From Geosiphon pyriformis uo1 (taxonomy: Eukaryota > Fungi > Glomeromycota), in assembly GCA_016748015.1 (NCBI GenBank), contig JAAOMT010000212.1:4605-33679 (forward strand): a DNA stretch of 29,075 nucleotides, read 5' to 3'. Below, piece by piece: positions 1 through 12,279 of this stretch (position 1 is its first letter; each line of letters opens with the position of its first letter). The notes beneath the pieces were generated by a model that searched no databases, had not been told where the DNA came from, and saw nothing but the letters and a program-made list of their open reading frames with translations. A program made the position numbers and the translations under genes.

Positions 1-2219
1 ATTGTATTCGCTACAGTTTCGGAAGTAATACAGTAGTTTTCTCCGACTAGAAGCGATTCAGCCTTCAATATTGCGGAATACCTCTCTTTAGCGACCTATT
101 TTGTAAGGTCTTTGATGAATATAAGCTAAAATAATGGTAGTATTCAAGTAGGAAAGGTATTGGGGGAATTTTTAAGACATACTTACGTGAAAGGAGAATT
201 TGGAAAATAAATTCGACAATGGCTTTGAAGGGCTGATAGGTGTGATTAGTAAAGTAGATTAATTGATTGGTTGATACCTTTTATAATAATTTAATAGGAT
301 GCTAGTAGTAAAAAAGCCGGATCAAAACGAGCCAAAGAAGTTTTTTAGGCTACATGGCAAGAGAGTAAGGAAGAAAATTAAAAGTATAAAAAAATTTGAA
401 TGAGTAAAAAAAGGGGAAATTGAAGCCAAAATGAATTAGTCAAAAACAGAATTATTTTGTCAAACCAACCCATTATACTAAGTCTAATTATCAGAAAACC
501 ACTATTTTTTGAAGATAAACATGTTTAAACCAACCAAAAAAGGTATAAGTATCACGTTTTTTATTCAATTAAAAGTAAGTGAGTTTAAAGCCCGATATAA
601 ATGCCATACTAGCTAAACTCTAAAACCTCCCCTATTTTTAAATATTACAAATTAGGAAATTATAATGATTTTTTTATATACCCTTTTCTAGTATTCGATA
701 AAACCAAAATAAGAATATAGTTTTAAATCGACTTTATTTAAGTCACAACATCATCTCATTTCATCTTGTCCAACTTTGAAAACTAGGTATACAATTTCAG
801 TGGAGTGGAATACAAAACACAGTATTATAATAGAAAATTTTATTATTTTTCTCCGACACATGATTATTACGGATATTTCTTTTTTTAGATGCTTCTATAA
901 TTTGCAAATATAGATAAACAAATAAAGGACACATTCGCCAAATGTGAACTCACAAAAATGAGAATTTCTAATTTATGCAGTGACAATGGATGATAGAGAT
1001 GAATAGAAAGCAGAATAAAATGCATTTTGTAAATGGGCAATTGTAATTCCTATAATTGAATATATTTGCCAAAATACCAAGACAATGTTCGAGACCCTCG
1101 TAATATTGAAAAACCTTAATAGGAGGAATTTTTGTATTTCATCTTAAAAAAAAAACTGATAATTAAATTTTTTTGAATGCTCATATTGATATTGGATCTT
1201 AATTTATCGTATTAATATCTCAATCAAATCTAGCAAATGAAAAGATGATGATGCAAAATCTAGGGGATACTTTTTAAAAGGACAACAATGGGAATTTATA
1301 TTATGGCGACATATGGGGTCCTTTTAGGGTTTTGAGTTTTCCACTAAAGATATTAATACAATGGAATATAAATCTTTTATTAACTAGTTCTCTTGAATTG
1401 AAATTAATTAAAAATTTGAAACGACAAAAAGGTCATCTTTATTTTTAACTCAACTTTTCAATATTCATGTTCTTTCCAACAAGTATTATAATTGTACTTT
1501 TGACTGGGAATAATTCAGTTAATTGTATTGATAAAAAAGTGTTTCAAAAGACAAAGTAATATAAATTATTTATCATTTAAAATCTTAATATTACATATCT
1601 ATAACATTTGAAAAATATTTTACCAATTAAGCCAATATTTTTAGTTGTGAAATTTAAAGAATTGTTAAAATTTTATACATGTAATATTTAATTTTTTAAT
1701 TAGTAAAACTATCTTTTAATCATTATACATTAGATAACACTATTAATTTAGAAAATATATTAGCTATTTGAAATATTTTAACCATTTTCAGTGATCAATC
1801 ATACTTTTATTTGCTAAAGCAAAATTAAAAAATGATAAATAATTGAGACTATCTTTTAAATTAATAAATTTAGACTAATATAAAATTTTTCTAATTTGAA
1901 TAATAGCTACTTTTATCATATTTTATTGAAAACATAGATATCGAAAATATTTGTCCCAATCGAAAAAAATAATAATTTTTTAAATATTTTCTTTTTTTGT
2001 TTTATATTAGCTTAATTTTTAATTGAGTTTATATTATTCTATAAAAATCTAAACATAATCAAAATAAAACAAATGGTACAATATTTGATAAATTTTTTAA
2101 CAATATAATTTTAATTTCATTAAAAATTTTTTGTCAACTTTAATTTTATTTCGAAATGGTTAAAAATATAAAAAAAAATCAAGATAAATCTAATATTGAA
2201 TTTATTAAAAATAATTTAA
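1..2219 (+). repeat. Segmental direct repeat, copy A (paralogous to 7173-9290; truncated by window start)
   Basis: Colinear similarity along the whole length. Position 1 attgtattcgctacagtttcggaagtaatacagtagtt matches 7173 actctattcgctgcagtttcggaagtaatacagtagtt. 914-958 is identical to 8081-8125. The end, aagataaatctaatattgaatttattaaaaataattt, matches ~9253 aagataaagctaatattgagtttgttaaaaataattt. Confidence 0.95.
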
Positions 2220-2339
2220 GGGAGTTATGTTGTAAATATGTCACCTAATTTAAATTTGTTTTTATAATTTAATATTTATTAGCTTGTTATTGTGATTTGT
2301 AATATTATAATATATATAAATATTAATAATTGTAATTAA

Positions 2340-2545
2340 AAATTTAAATTAAAAAATAATTAATCAATAAATAATTGGTTAAAAAACCATTACTGAAAAT
2401 AATATTAATTATTTTTTTAATAATTAATTGGAAAATATTATTTATTGATTAACAAAATTATTAATTAAAAAATAATAATTAACTGAAAAATAATGTTAAT
2501 TAATTGAAAAAGTAATAAATTAAAAAAAGTAATTAACTGAAAAAA
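2340..2545. repeat. Degenerate AT-rich low-complexity tandem array (motif ~ttaa(c/t)tgaaaaataat)
   Basis: Recurrent variants tactgaaaataat (2391), aactgaaaaataat (2481), aattgaaaaagtaat (2502), aactgaaaaaatt (2535). Unit length is irregular. Confidence 0.4.
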
Positions 2546-4273
2546 TTCATATGAATGGTTTTTTAATATTATATTGTTTTATAATAAAACAATAATGTAA
2601 TTAATTATTAAAAATAATAGAAATATAATATTATATTAATTTTTTTTATAACTTTATTTATAATAATTATTATATAGCATTTTAAAATTTTTATTAATAT
2701 AAAAATAATTTTTATTCAATTAAAAAAAATTAAAAAAATTTTTTTTTTCACATAATATTTAATCCAATTAATAATCAAAGTATCATAAAAAAAGCAATTA
2801 GATCAAGTAAATCTGGGTTTTCTTTATTTTTGCATGTTAATAAATAACTAAAACAATTACTTTGGAAACTTAAAAGTCATTTTAACAAAAAGTGATTTAT
2901 AAATTTTAGATTTTTATCACAGGCTAGAACCATAAAACGCTTTTAGCATGAAATATAAATTTTAAATGCATAATTACATTTCCCGTTAATTAAGGTTATA
3001 AAATTCAGATGGTGTTTTAGTTTTTTACTTGGTATCGAAATAAAACAATATAGCTTAATAAATATCCAATTAAAAAACTTGAAAGTTTCAATCAAAGTAT
3101 AATCTCAGCTTTGGGACAAGCAAATTATTTTTTCTAAATGCTATTTTTTAAAACGAATATATTTTTTTATATTTCAAAATAAATTTCCTGGATTTATTCT
3201 AGTTTTTTTTTTAAATGGTAAACATTAAATATAATGATTCGGAAATTTAAATCAAGAAGTGATTTGAAATGTTACACACCAAAGCTGTGTAGATTTTTCG
3301 TTAAACAATTTAAAAACGGAATACCTTATCATATGATAATTCAAGAAAATTTAAGGCTGTGCTCCAGGGATAAATCAATTAAAATTTTCGAGTATTTAAA
3401 TAAATAACTCTTATAAATAATTAAACTGGGAATAATTATTAGGAGGGAGAATCAAGAAAACATTGTGAAAAGTAAGATTAGCTTGTAATTTCTACACGAC
3501 CTTATTTTATATTAAGAAATTAAATAATGTACAATTAATCTTTTGCTACAATTTTTTTTTGAATTTTTATAGCTTGCCGATAAGAAACGCAACTTTTATA
3601 ATGCATAAAGTTCTTAATAATTTATGTATGATTAAAACTTGATATAAGCTAAAACAATGCTTAATTTGATTTAAATAAATTGATTATAAGAATACCTATA
3701 TATTTTATTATGTATATTCTATTAGCCCGTTTTTCAGTGATAGGATAATGCATAAGAGTCTTTAAGGTAAGAACTTATATTTGAAGTTTTTTTTATCAGT
3801 TAACAGAAAACGTTAAAAAATTACCCAAAACAAAAAAAAATAATTTTTTATAACTTAAGATATATCTCTTATGCTATTTAGTTGAACATTTAAGAGTTTT
3901 CGCTATATTTTTGCTTTATATTTAAAAATATTTAGACTAGCTATTAAAAAATGAGTTAAGCTTTAAAATAATTTTTATCTCCCTAAAAAACAAAGGAATT
4001 TTTCGCCGAGCTTAAATTTTCCTTTTTTTTGACATTTTATAATACAATTCAGATAGTTAGCTCATTGAGTTTACTTAATTTTGAGACAGAACGTTCACCT
4101 TCATTCCAAAAGTATAATAATTTTGGCTTACTACGTTCTTTAACCGACAGATTGATTTCTAATATACAAAGCTGCAAATTAATTTCGCTTTGGAAATAGT
4201 GGAAATAAAAATCTATCATATGTATAAAAAATAAAAAAATTTTATTTGTAAGAACTTTTGTCTTTTAAGTATT

Positions 4274-4295
4274 AAGTATTTTGGAACACACTGTA
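4274..4295. mobile_element. Isolated Tc1/mariner-like terminal inverted repeat end (...CACACTG-TA)
   Basis: aagtattttggaacacactg+ta resembles the right end of the Tc1 relic at 12920-12942 (aactttttttgtcacacactg+ta). No partner end found. Confidence 0.3.
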
Positions 4296-5164
4296 TATGA
4301 TAATGAAACTTTAAGTTCCTTTAAATTAAAGATATTTTTATGTTCAAATGACTATACTGATTCTCATAATTAAAAAATGATATTATTGATTGATTAAGAA
4401 GTTTTTAATATATATTTTAAGTTTATATTTAGCTTTTAAAGTTTTACATTATCAATTACACTAAAAATGCTTAAAAGACAAAATTTCGGAAGCATCGATT
4501 ATTAAATTTATCGTCTATTGATAAAGCATCAAAACTTTGTTGTCTTTTTCACCTAGAATAAAAATCAAAATGAGAAAAGTTTTTTCCCTAATTAATAGCC
4601 AATAATTTAATGACTTCATCTTTAAACTGTTATATACATACAAAAATGAATTAAGAATAATAAAAGTTTAGAAAAAGTATTTTGAATTCTATTAGAAAAG
4701 TGAAATATGGGATTTTAAATTTAATATTATTTAGAAAAATTTTTACTAAATAATTATTGAAAGCAATTTCAATCAATTATAATTCAAAATAAAAAGTAAT
4801 TGAAAATTTCAAAATCAAATACACTTTTCATAACAAATGTTTTATAAAAATATTATTTAGATTGAATATTCTTTGTATTTAAAAGCTTTAAAACCACATT
4901 TTAAAAATCATCACATTTTAATGATAAATTTCGGAATATGTCGGAAGTTTGTTTTAATATTAAATATTTTTTAAATATTTTTTATTTGATAAATATTTTT
5001 CCAAATTCTTAATTTATAACAATAAAAAATCATAAAGACCCCTGATTTAATTAAAAAAAATTTGTAATATTTACAAACAATACAAAAACCCAACAACACA
5101 TATGTGAAAGAAATTCTAAAAGATGTTTCAGAAACTTTTGCAAGATTTACCATATTTGAAGAAT

Positions 5165-6229
5165 TTATGACAAGAACCATCCCAAAAGCACGAAAGAAAT
5201 GATAAACCAATAGAATGATGTACTTTCGAATATTTTATAAGAGGATGCAGATGAAGATCTGATATTCGATGGAGGTGGTTTGTATGGGTTGGGATTATCT
5301 TGTGTTGCATATCTGAAAATAGAAATTAGTAAATATTCGAAGGCAAATATATATATCAAGAATTTTAAATATCAAATGTGAAGAAAATCTATTTACCCTA
5401 AAGTTTCTAAAACCATCTTCAACTTAGGTCCAATTGCTCCCCCTTTATAATTCCCACCAGCCAAAATAGCGTCTTGTAAGGAAACACCTTTATCTTGCAT
5501 AAATCTCATCAAGAAATCATTTGAATGTGTATAGGTTTTGTAATCTAAATGACTTATACTTGATCCCTTTTGATATGTACCGAGACCAGTCTCAAGGATA
5601 ATGGCATCTTTAATATCTTTTGTTCCTCGTGGCAAAAATCCGAGAGAATTTTTAGTGATAGAATGGTTGAACATTGTTTTTGCAGTATCATATTGTGGTG
5701 ATTTTTCAAACGCATCCCTAAAACTTTCGAAACTACTGAATCCTGTGCAGGAATTATCTGAGAATTTATTCAATATATCTGTGTATGAAGTTACAATACG
5801 GTTTTGTGGAATCACAATCATATACTGGTCGAAAGCCTCTTCAATAAATTGAATACAATCATTTTCTAATATATTAAGAGGGTATGGTATCAAAGCTTTC
5901 GTTTCATTTCCCAAGTAATTGTCCCAACCTGAGCCAAACCCTAAGCCGTGCATCAATTCATGAATTATGACTGATAAAAAGTCGACCTGTGTTGATTTGA
6001 TTGGATTTGGATCACTGTCAAACCAGAAATTCATTTTAGAATTAAAAAATGCTAAAATATCGTATGGTCTGAATTCTAGGTGCGTATCATAACCGAATTG
6101 TTTTACGAGTGCTTGTGGATAGAGTCGTTGTTTTCCGTCAAGATCTTTAATTTGGATTGATCGAGCTGGTGTAGCATCTCCTATAAACAAGGAATGATTT
6201 TAATTATGGCCACTTCATGTGAATTATAA

Positions 6230-6282
<53 letters not shown>

Positions 6283-6789
6283 GTTATATGAAGAAATCAA
6301 GCAAGAAACATAGAACAAATATAAAATGTCACTCTAAAAATTTCTTGCTTATAAAAAGAATTTTCGCTTACCAAGTGGTAAATATCTCTCTAAAGTTGAA
6401 CATTCGCCCCTTAACTCACAAAAATCTACGTAACTTGCACTTACTATAATTGGCGATTTGAGTAGTAAAGTGGCGGTTATGATTTCTCCGGCAATTAGAA
6501 ATGCATTGCTCACTTTCTTGCATTTAACATTATCATTGATATCACAATTTAAAATGATCTCAAACATATTAGTCGAATTTGCCACAGTCAATGATTCTTC
6601 TCGCTTTTTTAAAGATGATTTAGAATCTGTGACAAATGGACAATAGACTTGTTTCCTATTTTTCATTCCCAGTGAATCGTAATCAAAACATTGTGCTATC
6701 ACTCGGGGTGGAAAGACGATTGATAGGAGGAAGGCAGTAGGGAATAAGAGCCAAACCGGTAAGCATTTTTTTCGTATTATTAAGTTCAT
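5165..6789 (-). CDS. Secreted, probably GPI-anchored zincin metalloprotease (HExxHxxGF; leishmanolysin/M8-like motif layout), 449 aa, 3 exons: complement(join(5165..5312,5397..6180,6372..6789))
   Basis: ATG at 6789. Intron 1 6371-6181 (GTAAGC..TTATAG, phase 1) joins ERYLPL-G-DATPARS. Intron 2 5396-5313 (GTAAAT..TTTCAG, phase 2) joins LETL-G-YATQDNPNPY. Exons total 1350 nt (450 codons) with no internal stop. Hydrophobic N-terminus (VWLLFPTAFLLSIVF), KKR dibasic site, HELMHGLGF (HELMH at 5948-5962), distal SHLD...FLMR, then a Ser-rich spacer and a terminal hydrophobic tail (FYWFIISFVLLGWFLS*). Confidence 0.9.
6230..6282. repeat. (AAT)17 microsatellite inside intron 1 of the metalloprotease gene
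   Basis: Perfect aat run 6230-6280 plus aa. It explains the poly-Ile ORF 6219..6449. Confidence 0.97.
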
Positions 6790-7172
6790 TCTTGTTTGAT
6801 ATTCTACTAGGAAAAATTACAATAATCTGGAAACGAGACTAAGATCCTAGATGAGTAAAATCTTTAAAGTATTCTGGTGATGTCTGTTTGGGAATATATT
6901 GTTAGCTGGTTTCCTTTATATTTATTCAAGTAGTGTTTTAACGAATCAAGCCTTTCTTAACTTCAATGAGAAAATAAAACATGTTTTTTGAGTGCACACA
7001 CTGGCAATTTAGGTCTTAATGTTATTTTTTATGATAGACTATCTTTGAAAATTTATTTGAAATTCCTTTTCCTATTACCTTATGTAACAGAATATTAATT
7101 AGATTTAATTCCGCCATAAAATTTATTTGCGTGCATTTTCTATGAAAGAAGGACTACTGTGAAAGAAGAACT

Positions 7173-9290
7173 ACTCTATTCGCTGCAGTTTCGGAAGTAA
7201 TACAGTAGTTCTCCCTGACTAGATGCGATCCAGCTTTCAATATTTGAATTGACTTTTTTAGTGACCTATATTGTAGGGTCCTTCATGAATAGAAGCTAAA
7301 ATAATAGGGGTGTTCAAGAAAGGGAAGCTTTACCTGAAAGGGAGTTTTGGATTCAAGATAAAATAAATCCGAGAATTAATTTGATAAGTTTATGAAGGGC
7401 TGACAGGTGTCAATGGTGATTAGTAAAGTAGATTGATTGATTGATTGGTTGATTGATTTCTTTTATAATAATAAAATAGGATGCTAGTAGTAAAAAAAGC
7501 CGAATCAAAAGGAGCCAAAAGGGTTTTTTAGGCTACATGGCAGGAAATTAAAGGTGATGAAAAGTATAAAAAAATTTGCATGAATAAAAAAAAAGGCCAA
7601 GTTCACGCCAAAATGATATTAGTGGAAGCATAATTATTTTTACAAACTATCAGAAAAACAATATTTTAGAAGATAAACAAGTTTAAACCTATAAAAAAAG
7701 TTGTAAGTATTACTTTTTTTATTCAATCAAAAGTAAAAAATATAAACCTCCCTATTTTTAAATAATAATACAAATTAGGAAATTATAAAAAATTTCTTTA
7801 AAATACCCTTTTCTAGTATTTGATAAAACCAAAACAGGATTATAGTTTTAAATCGACTTTTAGGCCATCTCATGTTGTTCAACTTTGAACTTGAAAACTA
7901 GGTATAAAATTTCAATTGAGTGGAATACAAAACACAATATGAACCTTTATTTTTATAATAGGAAATGTTTAAAGGATTCCCATTCTTATTGTTTACCCAT
8001 TTTTGATTATTTCGTTATTCTTCTCCAACACATGATCATCACTACTGATATTTCCTTTTTTTTAGATGCTTATAAGATTTATAAACAAATAAAGGACACA
8101 TTCGCCAAATGTGAACTCACAAAAACGAGGTTTTCAAATTTATGTTATGCAATGACAATGAATGAGTGATGAATAGAAAGTAAAATAAAATAGTTTAAAA
8201 GGCTTTTTGTAAATGGGCCATTGTAATTGCTAGACTTGAATGTATTTGTCAAAATACCAATAAAATGCTCGAGACCCCTCGTAATATTGAAAAACCTTAA
8301 TACGAGGAATTTTTGTATCCATCATAAGAAAAAAACTGCTAATTAACTTTTTCTTTTTTTAAACGCTGATATTGATATTGGACCTTTAATCTAGCAAAAT
8401 GAAAAGATGATGATACAAAATCTAGGGAATACATTTTAAAAGAACAACAATGGGACTAAATACTATGACATCACATGGGATCCTATTAGGGTTTTAAGTT
8501 TTCCACTAAAGATAATAATGCAACTGATTGCAAATTTTTTTTTATTTAAAACTATAATTATTTCTCTAGAATTAAAATTAATTGAATATTTGAAATAACA
8601 AAAAAAAACGTTATCCTTATTTTTAACTCAACTTTTCAACACTCATGTTCTTTCCAAAGAGTATAGTAATTATATACTTTTGGCTAGCATTAATCCAGTA
8701 AAAAGGCATTAGTAAAAAAAATTTATCAAGTATTCCCAAGACTAAATAATTAAATTAATTTATTATTTAAAATATTAATATTGCATATCTATGATATTTA
8801 AAAAATATTTTAACAATTAAGCTGAAATTCTTGGCTGTATAATTGAAATAATTATTAAAACTTATTTTAATGTGAAATTTAATTTTTTAATTAGTAAAGC
8901 TATAAAAAAAACTTATTTTTTAATTATTATAAATTAGATAAAACGATTAATTTATATATTATCTTAAAAATGTGAAATATTTTAAATCATTTTTATTTAT
9001 CAAACATATATTTATTTATTAAAACAAAATTTAAAAATTATAAGTAATTCAAACTATCTTTTAAATAAATAAACTCAGACTAATATAAAAATTTTTTTTA
9101 ATTTAAATGTTAGCTACTTTTATAATATTTTATTAAATGCATAGCTATGTTAAAAATTTGTTCCCCAACCGAAAAGAATAATTATTCTTTTATTTTAACA
9201 ATTTTTTGTTAACTTTAATTTTATTTCATGAAATGGTTACAAATATAAAATTAAGATAAAGCTAATATTGAGTTTGTTAAAAATAATTTG
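7173..9290 (+). repeat. Segmental direct repeat, copy B; upstream (promoter-side) region of the minus-strand metalloprotease gene
   Basis: Colinear with 1-2219 apart from small indels. Lies ~0.4-2.5 kb upstream of the ATG at 6789. Confidence 0.95.
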
Positions 9291-9542
9291 AAATAAGGAA
9301 TATATTTTTATTAAATAACTTTTATTTTGATTTGATATTTATTTTAGTATAAATATTTTTATTACTTCATGAGTTTTTATTTCGTTTTACAAAGAATATC
9401 ATCACATCTTCATTTTAATATATTTGTATAAATGAAATTACTTTATTAATTATATCAATTGCCTCTTTAGATTTTCTAATATGCTTAAAATTGTTATTCG
9501 ACGAACCATTATCGAAAAAAAACTAATCAGTGAAATTATTTA

Positions 9543-10410
9543 TTGTTACAAAAAGTGCTAAACTAGCTTGAACAATTCTAATGAAAGATTTTAATAGAAA
9601 ATAAAGATTCTATTCATAAGCACTCGTAAAAAAATTCGGTTATGATACGTATCAAAATTTCAGCACATATTATATTACGAAATTAATTATTTCTAACATA
9701 AATTTTTAGTTTGAGAGTAATCTAAATCCAATCACATCAACACAATACGACTTTTAATTAGTCTTACTTCACAAATTAATCCACCATTTGAAAAATGAAC
9801 TGGAAGCTTTAAGGTAAAGTAATTGAGAATGATCGTAGTACCTACCAATTTCTTTAATTTGCTTTTTGATTAGATATGGTTGTGATTCTACAAAAACACA
9901 ATGCCACATTATACTGAATAATTTTTCAACCAGTTTCTGCATGAAATTTAATAATATAAAAATTTTCGCAACATCGTTTGTAAATTCGTCACAATATGAA
10001 ACTGCAAAAATAATATTCAAACATGCTATTTTAAAGAATTCTCTTGGATTTTTGCTGAAAGGAATGAAATATATTAAGAATTTCCTTATCCTCGAGATTA
10101 GTCTCGATCCATATAAAAATAGATCAATTATAAGTCCCATGTTGATTATAAAACTTAGATAAATTTAAGGAATTTCTTAATGAGATATTTGGTAAATGAT
10201 TGGTATTTCCTTGCATCCAGCTGTTTTAGCTAGTGACAATTATAAAGGAGGATCAAATTTAAAATCCTTAGGGTTAAATAGATTTAAATATTTATTTTCA
10301 CTTTTTAGTATTTAAAAAAGGAATAAAATTTAGATATTAATTGAAAATTCATCAATTCCTTTTATTAACTACGCAATACAAGATAATCCAAACAACATAT
10401 CGTACACCAA
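9543..10410 (+). pseudogene. Inverted, degenerate copy of the metalloprotease gene (exon 2, intron 2, start of exon 3)
   Basis: gcactcgtaaaaaaattcggttatgatacg (ALVKKFGYDT) vs gene ALVKQFGYDT. The HELMH site reads cacaaattaatccac (HKLIH, ~9770). SQYETAKIIFKHAILKNSLGFL vs PQYDTAKTMFNHSITKNSLGFL. ttagggttaaatagatt matches the exon 2/intron 2 junction, and YAIQDNPN (10370-10393) matches exon 3. Many stops, frameshifts and an internal deletion. Confidence 0.92.
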
Positions 10411-10546
10411 TACACCAATCAAATCAGTTAATTCGATATAAAAATATCTTCAAAAGATTCAATGAAAACATAATCATGAATATTCATTCTAGGTTTATTT
10501 TTGATTCTTATTTAATTTCTCCTATTTTAAGAGACAAAATATGTTT

Positions 10547-10682
10547 CATTTCTTAAAACTTTGATTTAGTTTCTATTTTTAAAATTTATATGTTTTCACA
10601 AATTTTCATTTTGCATTTCTTAAAACTTTGATTTAGTTTCTATTTTTAAAATTTATATGTTTTCACAAATTTTCATTTTGCA
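10547..10682. repeat. Perfect tandem duplication, 2 x 67 bp
   Basis: catttcttaaaactttgatttagtttctatttttaaaatttatatgttttcacaaattttcattttg occurs at 10547-10613 and 10614-10680, followed by ca. Confidence 0.95.
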
Positions 10683-12279
10683 CAAACATTTCATTTAATT
10701 AAATGGAAACCAGATTTAAGCCGCATCTCAGCCTTTGTACCCACGTTTCAGATTCACGTGTAATCTTCCATTGGATTTTTTTTATTGACTGTCATAATTA
10801 CATGTGCTACTCGGGATTGACAAATTTGGTTTTATCATTATTGAAGAACTTAATTTAACGTTTGTTAAGAATGTGATTACCAAACCAAGGAATTTCCTTT
10901 ACAAACGAAAAGTCTTTGCTAATCAAAATTTAATAAGAATAGTTTGATATTCATAATATTTTCATTAAGGTTTGAAAAATGTACAAGTGCCAAATAATTC
11001 AATTCATTTTGTTATGAATAATGTAAAAAATTTTAAATCAAGTAACAAAGCAGCTATTTTATCAAAAAAAAGTCGAAATTTTTTTACGTGAAATGCTAAA
11101 AAAAAAATTGGTCAAGGTAAAAATAGGCTGTAAAATAAATAGTAAAGATTGTACGTATTTAAACAAAAAAAAACCATATGTAAACAAATTTGTGATTTTA
11201 ATATTGAAACTCTGTATTTTTTGGTTAAAATAAAAACATTGAATTTGATTAATAAAATTTTTTTTAAATTTTCAGTCATTTATTTATATAAGTTTGATTT
11301 AAAAAATTGTACTTAATTTTCAATTTTTTTGAAATAACAACCATATTTATTTTATATATTTATCAAAAAATATTTAAAAATAATATGTCATACATTATTC
11401 ACAAGTTCAAGTATTTTAAATTCATCAAAAAACTTTTATAATATTTATTCTGCTTTTACAATTAACTTAAATATATATGTTTTTAGTATAATTTTAACAT
11501 GGAATATTAACCAGGTTGAAAGTAATGTTTGGTATAATTTTTATACATCAGCCAAAAAAAGCCAAATTATTATAAACGGTGATTTCTTATAATTACAAGT
11601 TCAAATGCTAACTGTATACATTTTTGTTTTTTTTATAATATTATAATACTTTTAGCATATAAGATCAAAAAAAAAATTCATTTATAGTTTTAATTAATTA
11701 TTTCTCAATAATAATTATATTGTATAGATTGGTATAAAATAAAATTTTGAAACTTTTATTGTTGCAATATTAAATTTTCAAATAATTTTTTTTGTAATTG
11801 TAAAAAAATTTTAATTGTTGAACTTGTGACAATTCATAAATTTATTTAACTATTTATTGGTATATTTGCAATTATTAATATCAGAATTGAAAGTAAAAAA
11901 AAACTGTAATATTTGTAATAAGATTTTAATTTTTGGTTTAAAAATAAAACAAGTTACAATAATTTGATCCAGATATTAATTTTATTTTTTAATATAAAAT
12001 ATTAAAAAAAATTTTTCAATACTAATTTGTCTTGTATAAAATATGAAATAATTTATTCTCAATTTTGGTTAAATATCAAGTTTTCAAGCTGTATTTATTT
12101 TTCTGGTAATAATTACACATTTAAGATTTCTAAAAATTATGTGGGATTTCATTTTTGCTTTAAAAATTTAAAAAAATTTATATTTTATACGAATTTAATA
12201 TTAGTACTTTGTACTTTTTATTTGCATCATGATTAACAGGCAAAAGTTACTATATATAAAACTCTTCCATTTTTACTTA

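Noticed and set aside
2340-2545. CRISPR-like array
   Set aside because: Units are irregular and low-complexity, with no constant repeat or unique spacers, in a eukaryotic context.
4971-5852. Small ORFs 4971..5210, 5128..5310 and 5601..5852
   Set aside because: Alternate-frame or antisense shadows of the protease gene and its 3' flank.
6219-6449. Poly-Ile ORF
   Set aside because: Translation of the intronic (AAT)n microsatellite on the antisense strand.
7885-8169. 94-aa ORF in duplicated region
   Set aside because: TTG start, no motifs, and the frame is not preserved in copy A (indels).
9769-10162. ORFs 9769..10140 (-) and 9866..10162 (+) as independent genes
   Set aside because: Antisense and sense fragments of the protease pseudogene.
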